Part shown: positions 1 to 8,456 of the stretch, in pieces | How the letters are laid out: each line of letters begins with the position of its first letter | Position numbering within the stretch: position 1 is the stretch's first letter | Source: a candidate division WOR-3 bacterium | GTDB lineage: Bacteria > Hydrothermota > Hydrothermia > LBFQ01 > DSFT01 | Reading direction: 5' to 3' | Length of the DNA stretch: 18,490 bases | NCBI GenBank assembly: GCA_965649115.1 | Contig: CBFGJN010000004.1 | Span: 35,821 to 54,310, forward strand | Notes under the pieces: model-generated | Seen by the model: only the letters and a program-made list of their open reading frames with translations | Told to the model about the DNA's origin: nothing | The model's database searches: none | Program-made: the position numbers and the translations under genes

Positions 1-105
1 GCCCCCCAAAGCCGAAATATGGGTATTTTAAAGGCGAAGCCTTGAATATAGGGTGGGTGGGAAAATAAAGAAAAATAAATAATTCCAGAATTATTGGACA
101 AGGCA
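1..105 (+). mobile_element. MITE-like element copy 1 (right half; cut by window edge)
   Basis: GCCCCCC..GCCGAAA, GGG 21-23, hairpin AAGGC-GAA-GCCTT 31-43, GGGTGGGTGGG 51-61 and right TIR TTATTGGACAAGGCA 91-105; colinear with the copies at 1535-1685 and 15081-15199. Confidence 0.75.
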
Positions 106-310
106 GATTTATTACGATTTAATAGCAGATACATTTTCTTATTATTATTGGGCTTATGATCCTGCTGATTTTAAATATGGCTCAACTTGTGAGCATTGGG
201 AAAGTTTTAGTGTTTTTCAAGAACCTTTACCTAATGGTAATTATGCGACATTTTTCAGTGAGGTAGTTAGATGGTGGAATTCAAGTAATGCTTGTAATTA
301 TTCGCCTGGA

Positions 311-1447
311 ATGGCAATAGATTCATCAGGTGCTTATATTGGAAGTTTTGTATTTAGTGGTAATCCAAATGTTGGTTTAATATCGGGAAGTTATAAAAAT
401 GTTCTTGGATTTTATTATTTTTATCAAAATCCTTCAAGTGATTTATATAGAAGAATTTCTATAAATTTTGGAAGAGACTATTTATATCATCCGATTGCTA
501 GAAATAACAGCAATTTTTATTTTATTGCATATGAAGTTGAAATATGGAGGCCTTCAAAGAATATAATAAATAAGTGGCAGTGGATAGATTTTGTTGTTTT
601 AAATTCAAATAGGGATACAATAAATACGGGAACAGTAGCAAATAAACTAACACCTTATGGGACATCAAATTATAATAGTGCTAATTTCCCAGAGGATACA
701 TTTCCTGCTAAGCATCCTGATTTGGCAAGTAATGGCAATTCATTTACAGTTGCCTTTACAAGAATATATATAAATTCAAACAATTTTGACGCATCTAATG
801 GGGATTATGATATTGGAAGAAGATATGTTGCTTATTCAACGCCAACTTGTAATTCAAATAAATGGTGCGTTTATGGAGGAGATTATGCAGCAAGAAGTGG
901 AAGAAGAGAATATCATCCAAGAATAGAATTTGATTTACAAAATTATATATTAGCTTATGGTGATTCAATGTTTTCTTTGCCATCATCAAAGTTAAGATGG
1001 AGAGAGATTTGTGGCGCTAATTGTTATTCTGATACAGCGGGTAGAGTAGTTACAAATAATCTTTATAGTTACTCTTGGGGGACAATTACAAGTTCATTTG
1101 ATTTAGTTCCAACTTATGACACAGTTAAATGTACTGATAATACTTGGAGAAGAGTAATGAGATTTGTTTATATAAAAACAACTAATGGTTCTGATAGGGA
1201 TATTTATTATAGAAGAATGGTTCATACAGGTTGTATAACACCTGTTAATTTATCTGAAAATTATAAGGTTTTTCATTATAATCCATTAACCAAGACACTT
1301 TTCGTTAATGAAGATAAAGAAATCAAAATTTATGATATTAGTGGTAAGCTAATAAAAGTTATAAATAGAAAAGGTGCTTATGATTTTAGCAAGTTAAGAA
1401 AGGGTGTTTATTTAATAAACGGAAAAGAAAAAATTGTTGTTTATTAG
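311..1447 (+). CDS. Secreted-type protein with C-terminal T9SS (Por) sorting domain; probably an N-terminally truncated remnant
   Basis: C-terminus YNP...IKIYDISGKLIK...LRKGVYLI..KEKIVVY is a typical T9SS type A CTD; body is Y/N/S/C-rich. The frame is open upstream to a TAA at 80-82, with protein-like codons from ~107 but no ATG or signal peptide before 311. Confidence 0.7.
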   Translation: MAIDSSGAYIGSFVFSGNPNVGLISGSYKNVLGFYYFYQNPSSDLYRRISINFGRDYLYHPIARNNSNFYFIAYEVEIWRPSKNIINKWQWIDFVVLNSNRDTINTGTVANKLTPYGTSNYNSANFPEDTFPAKHPDLASNGNSFTVAFTRIYINSNNFDASNGDYDIGRRYVAYSTPTCNSNKWCVYGGDYAARSGRREYHPRIEFDLQNYILAYGDSMFSLPSSKLRWREICGANCYSDTAGRVVTNNLYSYSWGTITSSFDLVPTYDTVKCTDNTWRRVMRFVYIKTTNGSDRDIYYRRMVHTGCITPVNLSENYKVFHYNPLTKTLFVNEDKEIKIYDISGKLIKVINRKGAYDFSKLRKGVYLINGKEKIVVY

Positions 1448-1488
1448 CTTCAAGACAAAATTAGGATTTTCGGAATTATTTATTACAA

Positions 1489-1685
1489 TGTTTAATAAAT
1501 AACTTATGAAAAATTCATTAAAACTATTGTTTTTAGGGCGAAGCCCCTCTCTGCCGAAAAATGGGTATTTATAAAGCGAAGCTTTAAATATAGGGTGGGC
1601 GGGTAAAGAATAGGAATAATTATACTTAATTTCTCACCCAGCGTATATAGAAAAATATATAATTTTAGAATTATTGGACACAGCA
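1489..1685 (+). mobile_element. MITE-like element copy 2 (near full length, degenerate left end)
   Basis: TGTTTAATAA left end, AATAACTTATGAAAA, GGGC-GAA-GCCC hairpin, TAAAGC-GAA-GCTTTA hairpin 1572-1586, GGGTGGGCGGG 1593-1603 and right TIR TTATTGGACACAGCA 1671-1685. Confidence 0.8.
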
Positions 1686-1703
1686 CCTAAATAAATAATT
1701 ATC

Positions 1704-1737
1704 CTTTAAAATTTTCAAGCTTTTGAAAAGGAGGTTA
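1704..1737 (+). promoter_or_regulatory. Putative -10 box (CTTTAAAATT) and strong Shine-Dalgarno (AAGGAGGT) for the Uma2-rplT-pheS operon
   Basis: TAAAAT motif shared with other operon starts in the window; AAGGAGGT 1728-1735 lies 6 nt before the TTG at 1742. Confidence 0.55.
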
Positions 1738-1741
1738 TAAA

Positions 1742-2215
1742 TTGATTTTAGATAGAAAAATTCGGACTTATGATGATTATTTAAAATTAAGTGATGATAA
1801 AAGGTTTGAAGTAATTAGAGGAAGGTTTGTTGAAATGGTAGGAGCAAGTTTTGGGCATCAAAATGTCTTAACAATTTTATTAATGAAATTGCGAAAATTT
1901 TGTGATAAGAATAACTTAGGTAAAGTTATTCCTTATATTGTTTTTATTTCAAATGAGAAACTTCATTTAATAAAGCATTCATTATTTGGTGTTCCTGATT
2001 TAGTTGTAGAAGTTGTTTCAGATAGTTCGGAGAAGAAAGATAAAATTATTAAAAAGAGATTATATGAAAAGTTTGGAGTTAAGGAGTATTGGATAGTTGA
2101 GCCAAACAAGAAGAAAATTAGTGTTTATGTAATGGAGAATAATAGATATGCTCTTTATTGTAAAAGTAAGGTGCTTGAAGGTTTTGAGATTGATTTAAAG
2201 GAGGTTTTTGAATGA
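1742..2215 (+). CDS. Uma2 (DUF820) family PD-(D/E)xK endonuclease, possibly with internal deletions
   Basis: TYDDY, RFEVIRG, HQ, GVPDLVVEVVS, KKRLYEKFGVKEYWIVEP and final FEIDLKEVF are Uma2 motifs; TTG start with strong SD; the first PD motif reads PY. Confidence 0.85.
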   Translation: MILDRKIRTYDDYLKLSDDKRFEVIRGRFVEMVGASFGHQNVLTILLMKLRKFCDKNNLGKVIPYIVFISNEKLHLIKHSLFGVPDLVVEVVSDSSEKKDKIIKKRLYEKFGVKEYWIVEPNKKKISVYVMENNRYALYCKSKVLEGFEIDLKEVFE

Positions 2216-2837
2216 AGGTTTTAAATGGAAGAATTTGGACTTATGAAGAAATAAGTGAAATTCCAGAGCATTCAATAATTTTAAATGGTAAAGAGGTTGA
2301 AATTATGGCAGCGAGTGTTAAGCATGGAAGATGGGTTTTTGAAGTTTCTAATAAATTGAATAAAATTTTTAGAAAAAAATATATTATTATGGTTGGGGAA
2401 GTTGGAATTTTAATCAATAGGAAACCACTTCTTATATTATCAGCAGATATTGTTTTAATATCTAAAAAGAAACTTAAAGATATTTCTGATAGAATTTTAG
2501 AAATTGCGCCAGATTTAATTATAGAGATTGAAAAAGAAAAGGAGGAGGTTGATATTGATGAGAAGATAAATTATTATAGTTCAATTGGCATTAAGAAGCA
2601 GGTATGGATTTTATTAAGCAAGAGGGAGGTTTTGGTTATTGAGGATAACAAGAGGTCTACTTATCATTTTGATGATGAGATAGAGCTTCTTGAAGGGAAG
2701 AAAATGAAATTTTCAGATATTGAAAAGGAGGTTTTTGAATGAAGGTTTTAAATGGAAGAATTTGGACTTATGAAGAAATAAGTGAAATTCCAGAGCATTC
2801 AATAATTTTAAATGGTAAAGAGGTTGAAATTATGGCA
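2197..2837 (+). repeat. 114-bp exact direct repeat (2197-2310 and 2724-2837) at the 5' ends of the Uma2 paralogs
   Basis: AAAGGAGGTTTTTGAATGAAGGTTTTAAATGG...GAAATTATGGCA is identical at an offset of 527 bp. Confidence 0.9.
2212..2742 (+). CDS. Uma2 family endonuclease (divergent), tandem paralog A
   Basis: [46 protein letters not shown] motifs; ATGA overlap with the upstream gene plus SD. Confidence 0.8.
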   Translation: MKVLNGRIWTYEEISEIPEHSIILNGKEVEIMAASVKHGRWVFEVSNKLNKIFRKKYIIMVGEVGILINRKPLLILSADIVLISKKKLKDISDRILEIAPDLIIEIEKEKEEVDIDEKINYYSSIGIKKQVWILLSKREVLVIEDNKRSTYHFDDEIELLEGKKMKFSDIEKEVFE

Positions 2838-3269
2838 AGTTCAGATATTCACGCTGTATGGTTGGGTCAAATTTATCTAAAATTGTATAAACTTTATAAA
2901 GATTCCTACTGGATTCTTATTGGCGAGATTGGTATTTTGATAAGTAAAGAGCCATTAATTATTTTAGCAAGTGATATTGCTATTATCTCAAAATCCAAAA
3001 TGCCCAAACTTAAAGAAAGAATTTTGGAAATCCCACCTGATTTAGTAATAGAGATTGAAAAAGAAAAGGAAGAGGTTGATATTGAAGAGAAAATTAATTA
3101 TTATAGTTCTATTGGAGTTAAGAGGCAAATATGGGTTTTATTAAGCAGAAGGGAAATTTTAGTTATTGAGGATAATAAGAGGGTTATTTATAGTTTTGAT
3201 GATGAAGTTGAGCTTCTTGAAGGGAAGAAAATGAAGTTTTCAGATGTTGAAAAGGAGGTTACCTTATGA
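2739..3269 (+). CDS. Uma2 family endonuclease (divergent), tandem paralog B
   Basis: Same length (176 aa) and motifs as 2212..2742; first 33 codons identical; ATGA overlap and SD. Confidence 0.8.
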   Translation: MKVLNGRIWTYEEISEIPEHSIILNGKEVEIMASSDIHAVWLGQIYLKLYKLYKDSYWILIGEIGILISKEPLIILASDIAIISKSKMPKLKERILEIPPDLVIEIEKEKEEVDIEEKINYYSSIGVKRQIWVLLSRREILVIEDNKRVIYSFDDEVELLEGKKMKFSDVEKEVTL

Positions 3270-3622
3270 GAGTTAAAACAGGTTTTGTTAGAAGGAGAAA
3301 ACATAAGAAAATTTTGAAATTAGCAAAAGGCTACTATTTATCAAAGTCAAAGGTTTTCAGAAGGGCAAACGAACAAGTAATAAGGTCATTGTATTATTCT
3401 TATGTTCATAGAAGGGAGAGAAAAAGAGATTTTAGGAAACTTTGGATTATTAGAATAAATGCTGCTGTTAGAGAATTTGGATTAAATTATTCAAAGTTTA
3501 TTTATGGTCTTAAAAAACTTAATATAAATTTAAATAGAAAAGCTCTCTCAGAAATGGCTATAAATGAGCCTGAAGCCTTCAAAAAACTCGTTGAAGATGT
3601 AAAATTGGCACTAAATGCATAA
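3266..3622 (+). CDS. rplT: 50S ribosomal protein L20
   Basis: [60 protein letters not shown]. Confidence 0.98.
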   Translation: MRVKTGFVRRRKHKKILKLAKGYYLSKSKVFRRANEQVIRSLYYSYVHRRERKRDFRKLWIIRINAAVREFGLNYSKFIYGLKKLNINLNRKALSEMAINEPEAFKKLVEDVKLALNA

Positions 3623-4586
3623 TTTAGATGAAATTAAATTAAGAGCATTAGAAGAGTTAGAAAAAATTAAAAATTTAAATGATTTAAACGATTTTAAAAC
3701 AAAATATCTTGGTAAAAGAGGTATCATTACTGAAATGATAAAAAATTTGAAAAATTTAACACTTGAAGAAAGAAAAATTTTTGGAACTAAATTAAATGAA
3801 ATTAAGGAATTTTTAGAGGAACAAATTGAAAAAAAGAAAGAAGAATTACTTGATTTTGAAGGTGAATTTTACGATATATCGTTATTAGGATATAAAAGAG
3901 AATTTGGTAATATCCATCCAATAACAAGAGTTTTTAATGAAATTATTGAGATTTTTGTTAGTATGGGTTTTAGTGTTGAAGATGGACCTGAAATTGAAGA
4001 AGATTGGTACAATTTTAGTGCTTTAAATATCCCAAAGTATCATCCTGCAAGAGATATGCAAGACACTTTTTATTTAGAGAATAATAATCTTTTGAGAACA
4101 CATACATCACCAATACAAATTAGAACAATGGAAAGAAAAAACCCTCCTATTAGGATAATAGCACCAGGTAGAGTTTTTAGAAGAGACGAATTGGATGCTA
4201 CACATTCTCCCGTTTTTCATCAACTTGAAGGATTGTACGTTGATAAAAATGTTTCGCTATCTGATTTGAAAGGGACAATTGAAATTTTCATTCATAAATT
4301 ATTTTCAGAAAATATAGAAATTAAGTTTAGACCTTCGTACTTTCCTTTTACAGAACCAAGTTTAGAAGTTTTAATATATAAGGATAATAAGTGGTTGGAA
4401 ATTCTTGGAGCAGGAATGGTTCATCCAAATGTATTGAAAAATTGTAATATAAATCCTGAAATTTATAGTGGATTTGCTTTTGGTCTTGGTATTGAAAGAA
4501 TAGCAATGATAAAATACAATATAAACGATATAAGGCTTTTTTATGAGAATGATATAAAATTTTTAAAACAAATAAAAGGAGGTTAG
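3615..4586 (+). CDS. pheS: Phenylalanine--tRNA ligase alpha subunit
   Basis: [72 protein letters not shown]. Confidence 0.98.
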   Translation: MHNLDEIKLRALEELEKIKNLNDLNDFKTKYLGKRGIITEMIKNLKNLTLEERKIFGTKLNEIKEFLEEQIEKKKEELLDFEGEFYDISLLGYKREFGNIHPITRVFNEIIEIFVSMGFSVEDGPEIEEDWYNFSALNIPKYHPARDMQDTFYLENNNLLRTHTSPIQIRTMERKNPPIRIIAPGRVFRRDELDATHSPVFHQLEGLYVDKNVSLSDLKGTIEIFIHKLFSENIEIKFRPSYFPFTEPSLEVLIYKDNKWLEILGAGMVHPNVLKNCNINPEIYSGFAFGLGIERIAMIKYNINDIRLFYENDIKFLKQIKGG

Positions 4587-4590
4587 AGAT

Positions 4591-5754
4591 ATGAAGAGGT
4601 TGATTATCTTTATAAGTTTGTTCCTTTGGTCATGTGCTCCACAAAAGGCTAAGATAATGGTTGCATTGCCTCTTGAAAAATCTGGTTTAACCTATGGAAT
4701 AGATGCTAGAAATGGTATAAATCTTGCTGTTCTTGATCTTGGAGAAAAGAATGTAACTTTTACTTATTGTGATACAGAAGGTAAGGCTGAAAAGTTCAAC
4801 GAGTGTTATGAAAATGCTAAAAAACAAGGTGTAAGTATTGTTGTTGGTCCTATCTTAACAAGAGAGCTTGATGATAAATCAATTGAATTGATAAATAAAT
4901 ATAAAATTCCCGTTATATCTCCTTCTATAACAACAGATGAAATTTTCAATAAAAGTGAATATATATTCAGTGTTGCAGCTTCTAATTCAATAATTGCTGC
5001 TAATTTAGCTTACGTTCTGAGTGAAGTTGGTGTCAATGAAGTTATTATTGTAAAAGACCCAAATAGTCAATATTCTCTTGATATTTCAGAAAAAGAGAAA
5101 AAGGCTCTAAGCAAATATAATATAGCTGTTGTTGATGAAGTTAATTTTAGAGGTTCAAGAGCAGACCTAATAAATGATTTGAAAAATTCCATTTCTAAAT
5201 TTAAGAAAGAAGAAAAAACTGCTCCAAAAAAGGGTAAATCAAAAGAAGAAGCATCTAAACCACCTTCAAAAAATGCAATTATTATAAATACTTATGCTGT
5301 TGATTTAGATAAAATTCTCTTAGATATTAGAGAACAATTGAAGTACAATGGTATATTAGCAGGTCCTGATGCTTGGGATGAAATAAAAGAACAAGCAGTT
5401 AAAATTCCTGGTGAGAACTTTTACGTTGCTCACTTTTTCCCATTAGAAAATAAAAAGACAGAAGAATTTTTCAATAAGTATAAACAACAATTTAAAACTA
5501 TACCATCTTCCTGGTCCGCTTTGAGTTATGATGCTTTAAGTATAGTAATAAATGCTATAAGGGAAGCGAAAGCTATTGAAACTCAAAGAATACTTTTAAG
5601 AATGAAATATCAAGACTATAACGGACTTACAGGGAGAATATCTTATGGAGGTGATAATAAACCAGATGATAAATCTGTTGTAATTATAAAATATACAGGT
5701 GATAAGAAAGGATTTATAAGAAGAACTAACGTTGCTGGAACAATAGCTCAATAA
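4591..5754 (+). CDS. Lipoprotein, branched-chain amino acid ABC substrate-binding (LivK/Peripla_BP_6-like) family
   Basis: Lipobox LWSC; G.DARNGINLAV, IVVGP, KIPVISPS, DPNSQYS, F.NKYKQQF, ALSYDA, YNGLTGRISY match type I periplasmic binding proteins; no cognate permease adjacent. Confidence 0.8.
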   Translation: MKRLIIFISLFLWSCAPQKAKIMVALPLEKSGLTYGIDARNGINLAVLDLGEKNVTFTYCDTEGKAEKFNECYENAKKQGVSIVVGPILTRELDDKSIELINKYKIPVISPSITTDEIFNKSEYIFSVAASNSIIAANLAYVLSEVGVNEVIIVKDPNSQYSLDISEKEKKALSKYNIAVVDEVNFRGSRADLINDLKNSISKFKKEEKTAPKKGKSKEEASKPPSKNAIIINTYAVDLDKILLDIREQLKYNGILAGPDAWDEIKEQAVKIPGENFYVAHFFPLENKKTEEFFNKYKQQFKTIPSSWSALSYDALSIVINAIREAKAIETQRILLRMKYQDYNGLTGRISYGGDNKPDDKSVVIIKYTGDKKGFIRRTNVAGTIAQ

Positions 5755-5769
5755 GGGGCTTTTGCCCCT
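5754..5769 (+). terminator. Hairpin AGGGGC-TTTT-GCCCCT (putative terminator); copy 1 of a 20-bp direct repeat
   Basis: Perfect stem starting at the last base of the stop codon, followed by TAATTTT; identical to 8456-8471. Confidence 0.65.
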
Positions 5770-5775
5770 TAATTT

Positions 5776-5923
5776 TGGTGTATCTAATAAATGGTGTTAA
5801 GTAATTACACACAAATCAGTTTAGGAGCGGAGGGGATTTGAACTATAAGTAATTATCCAAATTTTCAAGGTGGGTAGGGAGAACATAGAAAAATAAATAA
5901 TTTCAAGATTATTAGACACACTA
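5776..5923 (+). mobile_element. MITE-like element copy 3 (both TIRs, replaced interior, 9-bp target duplication)
   Basis: TGGTGTATCTAATAA 5776-5790 and TTATTAGACACACTA 5909-5923 are inverted repeats; GGTGGGTAGGG..ATAGAAAAATAAATAATTTC internal; flanks CCTTAATTT 5767-5775 and TCTTAATTT 5924-5932. Confidence 0.75.
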
Positions 5924-5975
5924 TCTTAATTTCACTATTAGGCTTTATAATTTTCGTCTCGAAGGAGGTACGATT

Positions 5976-8456
5976 ATGATTAAATTTTTATGGGTAATTT
6001 TTCTTTGGTGGTTTGTAATCTTCTCCACTTCACTTTTTGGTGCTCAAACTCCCAAGAACTACAATCCGGAGATTATAAAGGAGTGGATAAACTTTGATAT
6101 TAAAATTTATAAAGGTTTTTCGTTAAACAAGGGGCAAATTGACAAACAGGTTCTTTTATATTCAAAAAATGGAGATTTTAACATATACCTAACGCAGAAA
6201 GGTCTGTCATTTCTAATGTTTGCTACTAAGTCAAAAGAGGAGGTATTGTACTCACGAATAGACTATGATCTAATAGGAGCTAATATTAAGCGAGAAAATA
6301 TCATCCTTGAAGATGAAATAGAAAATTATTATGAAAATTATTATAATGAAAATGCTCCTGATGGTATATTATTCGTCAAGTTATATAGGAAGGTGAGAAT
6401 AAAGGAAATCTATCCCAAAATTGACCTTATATTGAAATATGATGAAAACGGTAACTTTCATTATGAATTTGAAGCTAATCCGAATTCAAATATAGCTCAA
6501 ATAAAAATAGAAGTCAAGAATGCTCAAATAGAGCCAACTGATGAAGGAAAGAGCATTTTACTGAAAACTCCTCTTGGTATAATGAAAGATGGTAATCTCA
6601 TTGCTTATGAAGGAAATAAAGTTATAAATGCTAAATATCTTATAAATAATAATTTGTTGAGCTTTGATGTTAAAAACTATGAAAATAGAGATAAACTCCT
6701 CATTGATCCTTACACACTTGTCTGGTCAACTTATTATGGAGGAAGTAATTATGATCACGCCAACTACATAGCTTCCGATCCCAGCAGCAACATCTTTGTA
6801 GTTGGTTGGACACTCTCATCTAACTTTCCAACATATAATCCAGGAAATAGTGCTTATTTTCAAGGAACTCTTGCGGGTTCTTATGATGCTTTTATTTTAA
6901 AATTTAACAATAATGGTGTTAGATTATGGGCAACCTACTATGGTGGTAGTAATTATGACTTTGCGACTTCGGCAGGAGCTGACGCTAATGGAAATGTCTT
7001 TGTAGTTGGAGGAACCTTCTCAACCAACTTTCCTACTTACAATCCAGGAGGTAGCACTTATTATGATGGAACTTGTGGGACTGATGGTAATTGTAACTAT
7101 GATCCTACTTATGGTTATAAAAATGATGCTTTTATTTTAAAATTTGATAATAATGGTGTTAGGTTATGGGCAACTTATTATGGAGGCAGTAGCTGGGAAC
7201 GGGAGTGCGGAACATCAGGTACCTATTCAGCTTCAGCAGCTACTTATGATTATTGCTCTTTAAAAGTTGATAGAAATAATAATTTGATAGTTGTGGGTAT
7301 GACTATGTCTTTTGATTTTCCTATTTACAATCCAGGTGGTGGTGCTTACTATCAGACTTGCCATAATAATGACTTTGATGCTTTTATTCTGAAATTCTCA
7401 AATTCAGGTCAATTGTTGTGGGCTACTTGTTATGGCGGAAGTAACTGGGATTACGCTCGTTCCGTTGATGTTGATGGAGCAAATAATATATTTGTTGTAG
7501 GATTTAAGGTTTATTCATCTGATTTTCCAACTTATAATCCAGGTGGAGGTGCTTATTATCAAACTTGTAGTGGTATTGATTGGGATGTATTTATTTTAAA
7601 ATTTAATAGTTCAGGAGTTAGGTTGTGGGCAACTTGTTATGGAGGTTCTAATCATGAATGGGCTGATGGGGTTGCTGTTGATAACAACGGGAAAGTTTAT
7701 GTTATAGGTGGAACTTGGTCTACTGACTTTCCCACATTAAATCCGGGTGGAGGTTATTATTTTGACGGAACTCTTAATAGTGGCGATGCATTTATTTTAA
7801 GATTTAATAATAGCGGTGTTTTGGAGTGGGCTACTTATTATGGCGGAAGTGGTGATGAAGCTAATACTCAACATTCTATAACTACTGATGGGAGCGGTAT
7901 TTATATAGTTGGTAATACCACATCTACTGATTTTCCTACATACAATCCAGGTGGTGGTGCTTATTATCAGTCTAGCCTTTCTGGAGGCAGGGATGCTTTT
8001 ATTTCTGTATTTAATAATGGTCAAGTATTATGGTCAACCTATTTTGGTGGAAGTGGTGATGAATGTTATAATTTTAATTGTCATTTAGCGATAGCTGGTA
8101 ATAACCTTTTTGTAGTTGGCTCAACAGTTTCAAGTAATTTTCCTCTTCAAAATTTGATAGGTGCATATTATCAAGGAAATCTTACTGGTTTTAGAAATGC
8201 TTTCATCTCGAAGTTCTCTAATATAACTCCAACTTCTATTTATGAGTCTTTCATTTCATTTATAAAAATCCAAAATAATCAAGTTATAATAAAACTAAAT
8301 GAAAATTTAAGTGGAAACTATAAAGTTTATACAATTCTTGGGAGGGAAATAACAAGCGGAGAAATAAGTAATAATGAAATTTCATTTGCAGTGCCAAATA
8401 GTGGAATTTATATTATAAAAGTTAAAAACAAACAATTAAAAATTATTGTTAAATAA
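5976..8456 (+). CDS. Secreted SBBP beta-propeller repeat protein with C-terminal T9SS-type sorting domain
   Basis: Hydrophobic signal peptide; N-terminal domain ending LLIDP..L.WSTYYGGS; seven W(S/A)T(Y/C)(Y/F)GGS...G.T.S.DFP...DAFILKF repeats; C-terminal YKVYTILGREI...SGIYIIKV; SD AAGGAGGT. Confidence 0.88.
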   Translation: MIKFLWVIFLWWFVIFSTSLFGAQTPKNYNPEIIKEWINFDIKIYKGFSLNKGQIDKQVLLYSKNGDFNIYLTQKGLSFLMFATKSKEEVLYSRIDYDLIGANIKRENIILEDEIENYYENYYNENAPDGILFVKLYRKVRIKEIYPKIDLILKYDENGNFHYEFEANPNSNIAQIKIEVKNAQIEPTDEGKSILLKTPLGIMKDGNLIAYEGNKVINAKYLINNNLLSFDVKNYENRDKLLIDPYTLVWSTYYGGSNYDHANYIASDPSSNIFVVGWTLSSNFPTYNPGNSAYFQGTLAGSYDAFILKFNNNGVRLWATYYGGSNYDFATSAGADANGNVFVVGGTFSTNFPTYNPGGSTYYDGTCGTDGNCNYDPTYGYKNDAFILKFDNNGVRLWATYYGGSSWERECGTSGTYSASAATYDYCSLKVDRNNNLIVVGMTMSFDFPIYNPGGGAYYQTCHNNDFDAFILKFSNSGQLLWATCYGGSNWDYARSVDVDGANNIFVVGFKVYSSDFPTYNPGGGAYYQTCSGIDWDVFILKFNSSGVRLWATCYGGSNHEWADGVAVDNNGKVYVIGGTWSTDFPTLNPGGGYYFDGTLNSGDAFILRFNNSGVLEWATYYGGSGDEANTQHSITTDGSGIYIVGNTTSTDFPTYNPGGGAYYQSSLSGGRDAFISVFNNGQVLWSTYFGGSGDECYNFNCHLAIAGNNLFVVGSTVSSNFPLQNLIGAYYQGNLTGFRNAFISKFSNITPTSIYESFISFIKIQNNQVIIKLNENLSGNYKVYTILGREITSGEISNNEISFAVPNSGIYIIKVKNKQLKIIVK

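Noticed and set aside
1..17. Circular replicon suggested by similar window ends
   Set aside because: The ends differ at 2 of 17 bases, belong to a multicopy repeat, and the content is chromosomal housekeeping genes.
795..989. 64-aa minus-strand ORF
   Set aside because: Antisense shadow of the T9SS-domain gene; no motifs.
1504..1686. 60-aa minus-strand ORF
   Set aside because: Lies entirely within element copy 2; not conserved as an ORF in other copies.
5821..5845. Complete tRNA gene on the minus strand
   Set aside because: Only a T-loop and 3' acceptor-like fragment is present; no D arm, anticodon arm or 5' acceptor strand.
7797..8024. 75-aa minus-strand ORF
   Set aside because: Antisense to the SBBP gene.
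6720..8220. DGR template/variable repeat pair among the SBBP repeats or Uma2 duplicates
   Set aside because: Repeats are in-frame coding paralogy without adenine-specific differences, and no reverse transcriptase is present.
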